DNA of 63,495 nt, the filler included, from Stramenopiles sp. TOSAG23-2 (Eukaryota): assembly GCA_900128395.1 (NCBI GenBank). It is 53 parts of 53 records of this genome, joined end to end, with 100 filler letters (N's around TTAATTAATTAA, not from the genome) between each part and the next. Parts side by side here need not be neighbours in the genome. Positions count along the whole stretch, not along the records: positions 62,406 to 63,495 come from LT653752.1; 52 more parts are not named here. One strand, written 5' to 3'. Shown piece after piece: positions 62,785 to 63,495 of this stretch (the first letter of the stretch is position 1; each line of letters opens with the position of its first letter). Both the position numbers and the translations under genes were made by a program. The notes under the pieces were generated by a model, which saw only the letters and a list, made by a program, of their open reading frames with translations, was not told where the DNA came from and searched no databases.

Positions 62785-63495
62785 TTACTGCTTCTGTTTT
62801 TTCCTGTTCTTCAATTCTTCCTCCCAATTATATTTTAAATCTTTAACCAATATCGCACCTTTAAAATTACGTGGAATTGTTCCAAATCTAATAAAAGATG
62901 GTTTGGATCCTTTTGATATACCAGAATTTTTATCACACGCATCACTTATAAATTTTTCAGCTAAAATTGCTTTGTACTTTTGCTTTATTTTATCATTTGC
63001 AAATTCAACCGTTACCATGCAATCGTCTTCATGTTCGGAATTTAATTTCAGACCAACTACTGCTACATTAATATCATTGTTTGACTCGATACCATATTGT
63101 TTTATGGCAAATTGTTTTAACTCGTCATTAATTTGTGCATATGCGTAATTTGCACCTCCGCGAATTAATAGAGCATTGTCTCTAGATTGCCAATATATAT
63201 CGTTTTTTCCATTAACAGGGTTTACCAACGCAAATGCTACGTCGCCCAAGTTCAAATACCATTTTCTCGATACATCATCGTTATCAAATTGTTTTATACA
63301 AAAGGCTTTTTTTGTCGCCTCATCATTACCCACATATCCAGACATAACATTTCCACCAGATGTGACAACAAAACCTGGCTCTCCAACTGAACACTCTTCC
63401 ATATACAATGACTCCCCTTCCGTCCGAGAACGTACAATTTTCACATATGTATTTGGTGCATGATCTTGTCCTATATAATATCCTGGACTTGCTTC
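62785..63495 (-). CDS. AMP-dependent acyl-CoA synthetase-like C-terminus
   Basis: GGNVMSGY...EAT..AF...WY.NLGD...R...LIRGGANY...IPRNFKG.I. Confidence 0.8.
   Translation of the reverse strand, partial: EASPGYYIGQDHAPNTYVKIVRSRTEGESLYMEECSVGEPGFVVTSGGNVMSGYVGNDEATKKAFCIKQFDNDDVSRKWYLNLGDVAFALVNPVNGKNDIYWQSRDNALLIRGGANYAYAQINDELKQFAIKQYGIESNNDINVAVVGLKLNSEHEDDCMVTVEFANDKIKQKYKAILAEKFISDACDKNSGISKGSKPSFIRFGTIPRNFKGAILVKDLKYNWEEELKNRKKQKQ

Noticed and set aside
1..63495. Operon-like or gene-cluster interpretation of neighbouring ORFs
   Set aside because: Contigs are ordered by length, so neighbours across linkers are unrelated.
1..63495. Alternative genetic code or selenoprotein readthrough
   Set aside because: TAA, TAG and TGA all end recognisable genes, and no conserved gene shows an in-frame stop needing recoding.
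1..63495. tRNA, rRNA or snRNA genes
   Set aside because: No recognisable signatures were found by eye; a covariance-model scan would be needed to exclude them.

Overview
This window is not a contiguous locus. It is about 53 short contigs, roughly sorted by decreasing length (about 1108 to 1090 nt), joined by an artificial 100-nt linker (N44-TTAATTAATTAA-N44), so adjacency across linkers means nothing. The DNA is AT-rich and eukaryotic: GT-AG spliceosomal introns, a TACTAAC branch point, Maf1, RIO2, NAA50, V-ATPase B and an FG-nucleoporin. It uses the standard code. PF20/SPAG16 and a mastigoneme-type EGF C-terminus suggest a flagellated stramenopile, plausibly an uncultured MAST-type single-cell assembly (inference). 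Whole-contig palindromes and strand-switching junctions point to amplification or assembly chimeras. Most genes are fragments. The most notable items are: a DIRS-type tyrosine-recombinase fragment fused to an unrelated N-terminus and followed by RNA-like hairpins; a dispersed element recurring in 3' intergenic regions; GC-rich CCAG/CTGG islands upstream of start codons; several MITE-like inverted-repeat elements; a Vint (Hint-like) domain; a highly homogenised TPR array; and a BRCT-BAH gene fragment. All family calls come from motif recognition by eye; no searches were run.
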